Positions 14,601 through 26,052 of a stretch of DNA of 64,000 bases are shown piece after piece. The notes under the pieces were generated by a model. That model searched no databases. It was not told the DNA's origin and saw nothing but the letters and a program-made list of their open reading frames with translations. Numbering within the stretch: position 1 is the stretch's first letter; the number at the start of each line of letters is the position of its first letter. A program made the translations under genes and the position numbers. Source of the DNA: Azolla caroliniana (lineage: Eukaryota; Plantae; Polypodiophyta); NCBI GenBank assembly GCA_043228905.1, contig JBHGNT010000009.1, positions 1,984,001-2,048,000 of the forward strand, written 5' to 3'.

Positions 14601-17600
14601 GGAATTCCTAGAAGCCGTGATGGATGCCCTAGGCTTCGAGCAACAATGGATCCTTGGAATGGTTGCCTTTTATAGGGATGCTTCCAACCAGGTTTTAATG
14701 GCTGGAAGCTTGGGGAAGAGCTTTAGGATGACATGATCGGTACGCCAAGGATGCCCATTGGCCCCGTACCTATTCATTATTGCAGCAGAAGCTTTGCATT
14801 ATCATATTGATGATAGATATTGGCAAATACAAGGCCTTCCCCTACCCGAGGATGTAGGAATGATGCTTGATACAAAATATGTTGATGATACAACAACTTA
14901 CATTAAGGGGGATGCAAACAACTTGGACAGACTACAAAGGGCAATAAATGATTTTTGTAGGGGATCGAGTGCTAAAATAAATTGGAATAAATTAGTGGGC
15001 ATTTGGATTAGCAATAAGCTTGTGGTAAATTGGGCTCTAGACCCCAATTTCAAATGGTTGAGGAGAGGAGAAGCTGCTAGATACTTGGGTTTCAAAATCG
15101 GTATGAACATTGACAATTCAAAATACTACAATCTACTTGTGGACAAAATAAAACTGAAGAACTATCCTTTGCAGGCAAGATTGTGATTGCAAATCATGTT
15201 CTAATGGCCAGAATATGGCATAGTGCAACATGTTGGATAATCGTGCCCAAGTCGATGAAAGTGATAAAAAGGCTTATAAGAAATTTCTTATGGAGGGACA
15301 CCGAGGAAAAACATGCTCGTGCAAAGGTTGCATGGACCACACTTATAAAAGATAAAAGTGAAGGTGGGGTGGGACTAATAGATCTTGTGGTGCAAAAGAA
15401 GGCCTTGCTAGGCAAATTGGTGGTCAGGAGCTTGCAACCACCTGAGGTACCTTGGAAAATTCTTTGGGGACGGTGATGGAGGATGTGGTTTCCAAGACAA
15501 GGTGGAAGTTGGCCAAGTACGCTTTTTGGGGGTTTGTGCCAGAAATGCGACCCAAATACCTAGGATGTAGACAGAGTATATGTGTTGTTGGAATTATGAA
15601 GGTGTGGCTAGGAATTAGAAAGGGAATCATTTGTAGGTGGAGAAATGATGCATATGCCCAAAAGTACATGCCTATTGTTTGGAACCCACTATTCAAAGAT
15701 GTGGAGGTGATGATAGGACAAAAAGTAGGCTTCAAATGGGCTAACTTAATCAATGCCCAAGGCAATGCATTGGCAGATTGGAAGAGATTTTTGTCTAATG
15801 ATGTGGGCACTCAAAAGGCTAGAATATGGAGGATAAATAGGGGTAAATGCATGCTAATGAGGATTACAGATGCTATTGCATGCAACAAGCAAACCTTGGA
15901 AGATGAAGCTATAAGTCCCTCTGAAATTGAATGGATGGGACTTATAGATGCTGAAAATGATCTAATTGGAATTAAGGGAATGAAAGTAGGATCTAATGAC
16001 GCATGCAATTATAAAATAGAGCATGGAATGGTAATATGTGAGCAACCAGCCTATCAAACTGAAAGGCCGATTAGGTTGCTTGCAAAAAATGGAAATGATA
16101 TGATGGTTGACCCCAAGTTGAGTAAGATCAAACCAACGACAATGTGTTGGCTGATAGAAGGGCATTCAAATAAGACCCAACGATGTATTTCTGGAGAACT
16201 CAAGGACGAATTGATGGTGCCAAGTTGGTTCAATTTTTCAGGTACAACACGAAAATCGGGAGGCAAATTATTCTAAAACAAGAACACAAAGATATTGCAG
16301 TTCGTAAATTTTGGATACAAGAGGGCATTAGTGAAAGGAGATTAGCTAAATTTTGGAAAATGATATGGCATGACAGTGGTGATCGCAAGATAATGATGTG
16401 CATTATGGCTTATTGTGCATAGAATGATATGGCATGACAGTGGTGACCGCAAGATAATGATTTGCTTATGGTTTATTGTTCATAGAGCCTTGCTAGTAGG
16501 GGCATGTGCTAAAGGCTCCAATGTAGACCCTAGATGTAGTGCATGTGGACAGCTAGAAAGCATTTCCGATTGTTTATGGGAATGTAATGAGGCAATAGCT
16601 ATATGGGGAAGGGCATTACGATTGTTATGCCATGCCTCATTCACCCTCAAATGGGGACATAACACGTTCGCGTTCACAAGTGGAAGGATTGCGCATTCCA
16701 CTTGTAGAATCTTCTTAAAACGAAGCAAATACACCCTCTCTACAAAAATTGGATGCACTAGTATCACATGTTCCTCAACTTGATGAGAATTTGCAAATAT
16801 AAAAATACATGATAGATCTACGAGTGGAGATCATTAGAAATCATGCAAGTTTAGACACGTTGATAAGTTAATGTAGGCATAATAAAGTTCAACTATGGCT
16901 CAATATGTCACTACTGTGCGACAAGGGAAACACTAACTTAAAGACTTATATTAATTAGGTAAGTTTTACAAAAATATCAGGTGTACTTGTATCCATACTA
17001 ATAAAATGAGTTATAATTTATACTTTGACCCATACGTGCATGTATGTAATTGTGGAAAATGTAGGATAGTGCACATTAGGATAAGTGATTGGAATAACTA
17101 ACTTATTAAAGTATTCAATACTTGTATTTAAAGTTGATCTAATCTATTCCTCAGTTTGTTCATATGGGATCAAACCATATGTATATAATTGTGGACAATG
17201 TAAGGCAGTGAACTTTAGGATAATGTTGTGGAGATAACAAACCTATTAGGCTTTCCTATCTGTATTTAAAATTGATCTACTCTATTGCTTAGGTGATTCA
17301 CACAGGATCAAACTCTGAACGATAACGCAACTGGAACCATTATCAACACACTACACAATCTAAGCAGCAATGGAATAGAAACATAATAGTTTTAACAATA
17401 GAAGACAAAGATCCATAATAACAACATGGACAGTCATGGCAACAATTATAGGGCCATGTTCTGTTAAGGTTAGCTTGGACCAAAATCAGCCTCAATTTAA
17501 ACTAATTCATGTTTCTCCATAAATTTGGTAGTCAGCTATGCACGCGGTGAAACCAATGTCATAAATCTACTAACCAAGTATATAAAAATAAAATTGAAAC

Positions 17601-20600
17601 ATATAGAAGATGATAAAGAATAGAATCCACTAGGTAAAACCCAAAATTTGTATTAATAATGTGAAATCCTAACAAATCGTCAGTGTCATTTTCTTCATAG
17701 AGTCTATTACATAGCAATCAATTCATCAACGTCATTTTCTTCATCATCTTGTGTAGAACTCTCTTCGGCTATACGTGCATTGGCTTCCCCTATTAGCCGA
17801 GCCAACGAAATATCTTCTATAAGCTCATCATCAAGCTCTATTAGCTCCCCCGGTTCGCCGGCTAACGGAGGAATAGGCTCTCGCGAAGCAGGTTGAAACC
17901 TTTCTGTATTAGCGAGGTTCTTTGCACCGACCTCCTCATCCTGGTCTGGGCACTCCCACAAAGCCTTAATCCGCATATTAATAAATATAACCTGGTCCTC
18001 GTCCTTCTCCAATGCAACTGTATTTCTAAAAAGCTTCAATGCACATGCAGACATCGTTCCTGTGATGTAAGTAACAAGAAGATTTAGTTGTCAAAAGAAA
18101 AAAAAGGGATTGGTTATCTCAAGATCGTTACCCTAGTTCGAGGAATACCTGTGCCAGAAAAGAGATCTAATATCTAGTCTCCTTCGATAGAAAACATCTC
18201 GATCAAGCGCATCATAAGTCGTTGAGGTTTTTGGTATGGGTTGACAAGTCCCCGTTCTATCGTGGTGACATGTCGCAATTTCCGTGTCACTGATGGATAT
18301 ACCAACAGATTTGAACCTCCCACTTCATTAGAATGCTCCTTGATTCTCTGTTTCTTAATTTCATTGAAGTAGCCAACCGTGATGTATTCAATGGCATTAA
18401 CGAACCGAAAAGTTGGCCCTCTATTTACATTGGTCTTGATCCTATAAAAAATAATACATCGAGTTAAGAATAGATTGAACAACCTTAAGAAATGCAATAT
18501 AGTGAAAGACACCTATAAATAATCCTTACCATGCAAGGTTCTCGATGCCATGGCAACGAGATCTCAAAGCTTGAGCTACCAAGAACCCTTGGTCCATACT
18601 ATGAAAGACAACTATTCGCCACAAGGATGCAGTCGTTAGCTCAGCGAAATCCTTGACCATCTTCTCCAATTGTTTAAACCTAAATGGTTCATCGTCGTAT
18701 GATGACCCAGCCATTCGAAATCCGTAAGGAATATCCGCAATCATTAGCGTATATTCCTTCTTTGGCACCTTTTGGATCAAGTCGACGACATCACCGCAAA
18801 CCACATTGTAGTAAAGATATCTCGTAATATCTTTTTTGTGGCTAAATTTTTTAAAGGAGCCATCTTCCTCCATTTCGTACGCCTTGACTAAGCGACGATC
18901 CTTTTCTTTTCTGGCTCGCTCGAGATGTGCAAGGAAGGATGTAGGGAAATCGTGTATATCCTTAACTTCTCCTTGTTTCTTGCCTTGACACGGTTTCTAA
19001 TAGAAGCAATAGGACATCAGGTATTATTATACAAGCTCTACATATGATGAAAGGGTAATGAAAAACCATCAATACTAACCCAATCCTTGAATGCAATAAA
19101 ATACTCTGATAACACCTTATATGAAGACGTTAGAGGATAATCCTCGGTCACTTGTTCCCAAGTTATACATCCAAGTTGTTTCATCATAACTTCTTGGATC
19201 TTCATGTACACCTTATGACTGTAAAATTGGAAATCAAGATTAGAACTTTGAATTACACCAGATAGACTACAATTTCAGTATTTGAAAGACTTACTTATTG
19301 AACTCAGTGACCATTTCTTCAAGGCTTAAATCTTTCGCCACAACCCTTGACAAAACAGACACAAGAAGCTGCTCATCCTTAATACCTTGCATCGCTCTCC
19401 ACAGAGACAACTTCATGTCGTCTGCCGCTTCTTCAATTGTCAAGTCAATTTTCTTGGTGGCTTGTGACTTTAACTCTAGTTGAGGGTCAACCTTACATTT
19501 CTTTTGTCGTTGACCCTTTACCTCATTCTCCCAATTGAGAAGATTTCATCTTGTAGGTCCCATACTTCTCCATCTCTAAACGCCAATTGAAACCAAGACT
19601 CATATTTTCGAAGACCATCGGACTTAACATTATCATCTACCACAATGCCGACTTCATGCAGACATTGACGTCGTAGGCCTGGATGTAACTTCACACCAAA
19701 CTTTTGTTTCACGTCTAAATACTCGTGGTGGAAGAACCGTATACGCTCAATGGACGACATTTTCTGCCTATAGTCATTATCATTATTATGGTCCCATGCC
19801 AACAGCTTAGCCTCTTCGGTTGTGAGCCCAACATAAATTTTGCACTCGACATACTTGAAGAAGAAAGTCGTTGGATGTTCTCTCACAAGTTGCCGACGTG
19901 CCTCTGCTGAATGCGATCCACCAATGACAAAATAATTATATTGATCATGCTTTCTAATATCAAAATCTTCAATGGTTTCACATTCTTCAGGATCTACCAT
20001 AACAATAAATGGCCCCACAGTGGCATGAGGATTAATTTTTATTTTTTTCTTGAGATTTTGAACATGCATGCGGTGTGGCTCTCTAATCTCAAGTGGTCGT
20101 CGACCTGTTTTTTCATCAATAGGGGGCCGATGGATGTGTGTTATAAGCAAATTAAACACTTGCCCTTTCCTGACCAGTTTACGTTGCATTAACTCTCTCC
20201 TTATCTTATTCTGCTCGGATGACAAAACACCGATGCCAACTCAGCTCCTGGCGTCCCCTTATTATCCTCCTCTTCGTTTTCACTTGTTGAATCGGTGTCC
20301 GACATTGTGGTTGTCTTCTTCTTTGGTGGTCTTGACTGGACTTTGGATACCCTTTTTGTGGCCTTCAATGGGGAGGGCACTTCATCTCTTAGAGTTACAT
20401 GGCCTTGTATATAAGGCCTCAAGTTAACAATAAGGTTTTGTGAGCTTTCAAGATCTTTTTTGAACGCTTTTGACCCACAAGATTCCTTTACTAAAAGATC
20501 TTCTGAAAGGAACACTTTACGTACCCCCTTGGAGCACTCTATCATTACCAGTATGTTGGCCAAATCTACATCTTCGTAGTCGAATCGTAGAATATGACCA

Positions 20601-20693
20601 TACATAAATGGGGTTTCCTTTCCAAGCTGCCTCTCCCCCTTCTTCTTTGTTGTATACAATACGACTTTTTTCTTTGAGTCGACATATTGCATA

Positions 20694-21427
20694 CACCATT
20701 CCTTGTCCGTTAGATCACGGTCAGGAAGGTCTTCACCTCCAGTAGCGGCGACAAGTTTCTTTTGGCTAACATCAATATGTGGCTGAGATTTTGTCTCCTC
20801 GTTGAAGAGAAGCTTTTTTCCTCTCTTCATGGTCTCAGGAGCTACCTTGGTTTGGGCTTCGATTGGAGAACCCTGTATGCGAAGCTTTATTTTCTTCACG
20901 GGTCGGTCCGACAGGTTCTCAAACGACCTATTTAAGAAAGTATATGCAAAAACATAAAATAGGTGGTCACGTAGATTAAGGTTGTATATTAAAATATAAA
21001 TATGAAGATGAAGAACAGTTCTCACTAGCAGGCGATTAGTGGTGAAGTGAAAATATCAATCACCATTCCTTGTCCGTTAGATCACGGTCAGGAAGGTCTT
21101 CACCTCCAGTAGCGGTGACAAGTTTCTTTTGGCTAACATCAATATGTGGCTGAGATTTTGTCTCCTCATTGAAGAGAAGCTTTTTTCCTCTCTTCATGGT
21201 CTCAGGAGCTACCTTGGTTTGGGCTTCGATTGGAGAACCCTGTATGCGAAGCTTTATTTTCTTCACGGGTCGGTCCGACAGGTTCTCAAACGACCTATTT
21301 AAGAAAGTATATGCAAAAACATAAAATAGGTGGTCACGTAGATTAAGGTTGTATATTAAAATATAAATATGAAGATGAAGAACAGTTCTCACTAGCAGGC
21401 GATTAGTGGTGAAGTGAAAATATCAAT
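20694..21427. repeat. 367-bp near-perfect tandem duplication spanning the intron 1/exon 2 junction of the MTase gene
   Basis: 20694-21060 is repeated at 21061-21427; ORFs 20201..21025 and 21060..21392 have near-identical N-termini. Confidence 0.95.
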
Positions 21428-21803
21428 CATGCATTCAGAGTACATGGTAGTCCTATATTCAAAAATCTATTCTAGGCAGGGCTATTCAAACTAGAAAATA
21501 TATATCGTAATAAGTAAACAGGGTTATATATTCTTTTAAAGAGTAGGTATGACTTATATAGATTCCAAACCTATATTGAGGAGAATTTGCTATCATAAAG
21601 GCAATTTGTGGATCATTTTCTACTATTTTAAGCTATAGTAGGTCATAAAACACCTATAATTAGGGCATGTTTTTTTTTAAAAGTAAGGCAAGTCAACATA
21701 AAAAAGACTGATTTTGATAGACAATTTGATATCTTTTCCACACAATAATTAATTGTTACCCCAAAAATACAAATTTTCTCTTTCAGAGCCTTCTTTTATA
21801 CAA

Positions 21804-22313
21804 GAACTCGATACGGCATATCGAGTTCCCGTTTAAAGTTTAGGTTTTAAATGGGAACTCGATACGGCGTATCGAGTTCTTGTTTAAAACCTAAACTTTA
21901 AACAGGAACTCGATACGCCGTATCGAGTTCCTGTGCTTTCTTTGCTTTTTAAACAGGAACTCGATATGGCGTATCGAGTTCCCGTTTAAAGTTTAGGTTT
22001 TAAACACGAACTCGACGTTCCTATTTAAAAAGCAAAGAAAGCATAGGAACTCGATACGGCGTATCGAGTTCGTGTTTAAAACCCAAACTTTAAACGGGAA
22101 CTCGATACGGCGTATCGAGTTCCTGTTTAAAGTTTAGGTTTTAAACACGAACTCGATATGGCGTATCGAGTTCGTGTTTAAAGTGTAGGTTTTAAACAGG
22201 AACTCGATACGCCGTATCGAGTTCCTGTTTAAAAAGCAAAAAAAAATTATGAACTCGATACGTTGTATTGAGTTCTTGTATAAAGTTTGTATTGTATACG
22301 GTGTATCGAGTTC
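21804..22313. repeat. Array of ~11 palindromes GAACTCGATAC-NNN-GTATCGAGTTC at ~51-bp periodicity, inside MTase intron 1
   Basis: Units start at about 21804, 21855, 21906, 21957, 22008 (internally deleted), 22047, 22098, 22149, 22200, 22251 and 22295 (decayed). Confidence 0.95.
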
Positions 22314-23232
22314 TTGAGCGACAAAACATATTTACAAAAATGTCCACAGTGTTAGAGGCCTACCTAGAGTCCTCGCGCTCGATTCTCTTTGAAGACATGG
22401 TTGATCGTGTGGCAGTAGAGGCGGAGATCGCGATTTTGTGCTTTGTGCTCTGTGTGCTCTGTACATTCTGTGTGCTCTGTATGCTCTGTATGCTCTTGTG
22501 AGTGAAATATGACGAGGTCTTCCTATTTATAGGGATTGACCACATTGGTTAAAGTAACCATAGTCACCTTAACCAAGGTTGGTAAGTTTGAGGATAGTTA
22601 GTTGGTAACCACAGTCACATTAACTAGAGTAACTTATGATTGCATTAATGATTACAAAGTCAAACTAACATATTGATCAATCTTTTATAGTCATAAAAAC
22701 CTGCAATGACTTCAAAGGTCATGAAGGAGACAATGATAGAGGTTCATGAATGTACCAATGATTGATTACTAAAAGCAACAATTTTTATGACTCTCAAATG
22801 CTGTGTATTAAAGATGTGGGCATGAATTAACCAATGATTGATAAGTCTAATATTTAAAATGGTGAGCATTAAAGAACCAATGAGTGAGAGGTTCTATATC
22901 AAAATGGGTGCCATTAATTAGCCAATGATTTTAACATTAATCCAACATATTTATGGCTTGTTAATGATTAGATTTATATTATACTTGATTTAACTTCATA
23001 TAGATGTAGTTTAAATAATAATTGATATTTTAAATACAATTACTTTATTAAAAATAATTTTTTTATGTATTGTATTAATATAATATTACATAATATAGAC
23101 ATTCTATTGATTTGGCTTTTGTTTAGAGAGAAGTTTATGTTTAGAGAGGAGTATATGTTTAGAGAGGAGCTTATTAGTTTTTTTCCTTACCCTAAGCACA
23201 TAACTTACAGAGCCCTATCTAGACCTTAAGCC

Positions 23233-26052
23233 ATGAGTGAAGATTCACCGTTCTCGATTGAAGAATATTGTTTGTCATCAGACTCATCGTTTTCTACTGA
23301 AGAGTATTGTTTGTCGACAGAGTCACCATATTCGATTGAAGAATATTGTCTGTCGACAAACTCACCATATTCGATTGAAGAATATTGTCTGTCGACAGAC
23401 TCACCATATTCTATCGAAGAATATTGTCTGAGCTCATCTACAGGGAATGTAAATAATGACACATGTGAAGAGTTCTCTATTGAAGAATACGATATTAATA
23501 AAGATACGGAGAATGAAGGTAGTGCCCAGGAAACATTGAATAACATTGGCGATGGTCACAACAGAGAATTAGATTGTAACAAGGTTACACCAACCTCTAT
23601 GCAGGAAGAGAAATCTGGGAGCCCTATGCATATTAGAAGAATCCCACGAAGAACTCGTCTGGCTAGATTTAGCTTGGTGACATCAGATAAAAAGATTGGA
23701 TTTGATGTCAAAAAAATATGTTGTGCCCATGGTTGTATGTCTATGATTGGAAAATCAAAGTTGCGAGAATTAAGGCGATACTATTTTTCGATGACCGGTG
23801 ATGAGCAAGACACTTACCTCGGGTCACATATGCAACTAGTGTCTGACAAATGTACGGGGATCAAAGTATCATTCGAGTATTATATCTTCCATGCGCAATA
23901 GATATGTAGAGTTGCATTCAAAATTGCGTTATGTGTTAGTAACATGCGGCTACATAGAGTACAACAACATCTACTTAGCGGGGATCAGATGCTCAATTGT
24001 AAAGAGGTTCCAAGTATGAAAGGTGCAATTGGAAGACATGCTATTGGTTGGATGAAAACTTACTTTCAGTTAAATTGTGAAGTAATGCCCACTACAGGTA
24101 GGATGCACCTTTCTGATAATTATACACGTCGGGAAGTTTATGATGTCTATCAATCTGATATGCTGGGCTCACATAATAAGTCTATCACCTATAGCCAATT
24201 CACAAGATTATGGAGAGCTCGGTTTTCAAATGTTATTATTCCTCGTAAAGTATGTATGGGGTATTGCTCCATTTGTGCAAATCTCAAAAGTTTGGCTAAA
24301 GGTGCAAAGACATCAATGGAAAAGGATACGAGTAAGAAGTTACTACAAGAGCATCGTGAGGCACAATCCTTAGAACGAAAGAAGGCGATGCATCATAGAG
24401 AGAAGTGTTTGAAGAGGTCCGAACAATACATGTGCTTAATGATAGATGGCATGGACCAGAAGAAGACATGCTTGCCGCATATGCGGAGGCTCCCCAAAGA
24501 TGTCAATGATGAGTGCCTTGTTCAAATGCACTTGGTGGGATGCTTGGCTTATAATAGGTATGTTCGACCTCACGTCTTCATTACTTACCCCAATGTTCAC
24601 AATGACCCTAACCTAACCGTTACAGTGATTCACCGAGTTTTGATGTCTTGGGGCCAACCTTTCCCCCCTGTTCTATACATTCAATTGGACAATACTGCTA
24701 GAGAGAACAAAAATTCAACTGTATTTGGCTATCTAAGTATGCTGGTCAACCAAGAATTGTTTAGGAAAGTGAAAGTCAATTTCCTTTTGGTTGGCCACAC
24801 ACATGACCATATAGATCAGATGTTTAGCACATTCTCCAGACAGTTGTCTCGGCATGATGCTTTCACTTTACCTAAACTATTTGATGTCATTTGTGATGCA
24901 TATACACCACGCCCAAAAGTGTTACACTTGAAGGAGGTATATGACTTTAAGAGATATATATTAGATGGGGGTGGTGGGAATGTTAAAGTGCTTGCTCAGT
25001 TAAACAATATAAGTTTCAATCACATTTTTATGATAATGAAAAATGGAATAAGTGGTTCTACACTTTTGTATGCTAAACAATATTCATCTTCTACAACATG
25101 GGAACCTGAAGGTGGTTGCTAGTTATTACTTTGTATGCCGAGTACAATTGTCCATGGAGCTAAGCAAATGCCAATTGAGAAGAAAGGACAGTTGCAGAGC
25201 GACTTGGTATCAGAACAAAAACGGTTATGTCTCCAAGCCTTAGAAGAAAAAAGAAAGCATCTTGAGGCCGCCAAGAAATATGCCGCACAACAAGACACGT
25301 CATGGTGGGATGTATTTTATAGTGATCAGAAAGAAATTATAGACAATTGTGTATCTGTTGATACTTGGAATTTGGAAACGCCATTCACATGGTCGCTGCA
25401 ACATGATCGCGTAAATAGAACTCCGGAGCAACTAGTAAATGCGATTAATGACAGCTTAGTCCATCCACAACAAAGAGACATTTATGTGGGACCAAGGATG
25501 ACCAAAGCAGCCGAAGCTAGATGGCAAGGCAATTTGCAAGAGCTCACTGCGGGGATGTTGATTGCAACGCCGACTGATGAGAACTCACATTGCCACCAAT
25601 TTTGGGTTGGTAAAATTCTAGAAGTGCTAATGCATGAAATAGAAAACACGATCAAGTCTATAAATGTTCATTGGTACAACACTAGAAGTGCAAATGCTTT
25701 TACAGGTAAGTATACATTGGAGATGATTGAATGCCCAATAAGAAGGGGAGGTAGGAAGAGGAAGCGAAACATTCGTAACACCTCGACCCTTGATATCTCT
25801 GATGTGGATATCATCGTGTACGACTTCACACTTACAAAAGCCGGACGATTAAGGAAGTCAACAATAGATATAATAAAAGAAAAATTACCAGGTCTACAAG
25901 GTGGTTCGAGTCAAAGGCAAACAAGATCTGCTACATATAATCTAGAGTCAAACCATTTGGTTTATGATGAAGATAATGCACTGATTGGTACATCCGAGGA
26001 TGATGAGGAGGAATCGTCATTGTATATTAGTTATAGTAGTGATTCTCCGTAA
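23233..26052 (+). pseudogene. Sola-like (DUF7869-type) DDD transposase, ~940 codons in one frame with two premature TAG stops
   Basis: ORFs 23233..23901, 23944..25122 and 25135..26052 are all in the same frame. Motifs: CSIC...H...H, LMIDGMDQKKT, LYIQLDNTARENKN, FLLVGHTHDHIDQMFS. N-terminal 13-aa repeats; C-terminal FWVGKILEV...INVHWY domain. Confidence 0.85.

Larger units (their letters stand above)
17707..22398 (-). pseudogene. Spliced gene for an N-terminal unknown domain + ParB/Srx-like domain + beta-class N4-cytosine/N6-adenine DNA methyltransferase + acidic tail. Exons ~22398-22364, 20927-19295, 19218-19080, 18996-18530, 18441-18149, 18059-17707
   Basis: TATA box at ~22523-22531. ParB-like YFVIGGSHSAEARRQL...CKIYVGLTTEEAKLLAWDHN. 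MTase VVCGDVVDLI...LMIADIPYG (motif IV), NPYQKPQRLMMRLIEMFS, and ILDLFSGT|GTMSACA...VALEKD (motif I). GT-AG introns are in frame. Disabled by frameshifts at ~20225 and ~19530, a TGG>TAG stop at ~18175 and a 367-bp duplication. Confidence 0.85.

Noticed and set aside
21804-22313. CRISPR array
   Set aside because: The repeats are palindromic and regularly spaced, but the spacers are only two recurring sequences and their reverse complements. There are no cas genes and the context is a eukaryotic intron.
17707-22398. Bacterial contamination or a prokaryotic R-M locus
   Set aside because: The gene has spliceosomal GT-AG introns conserved in two copies, a TATA box, and sits inside a TSD-flanked element within a plant LINE.
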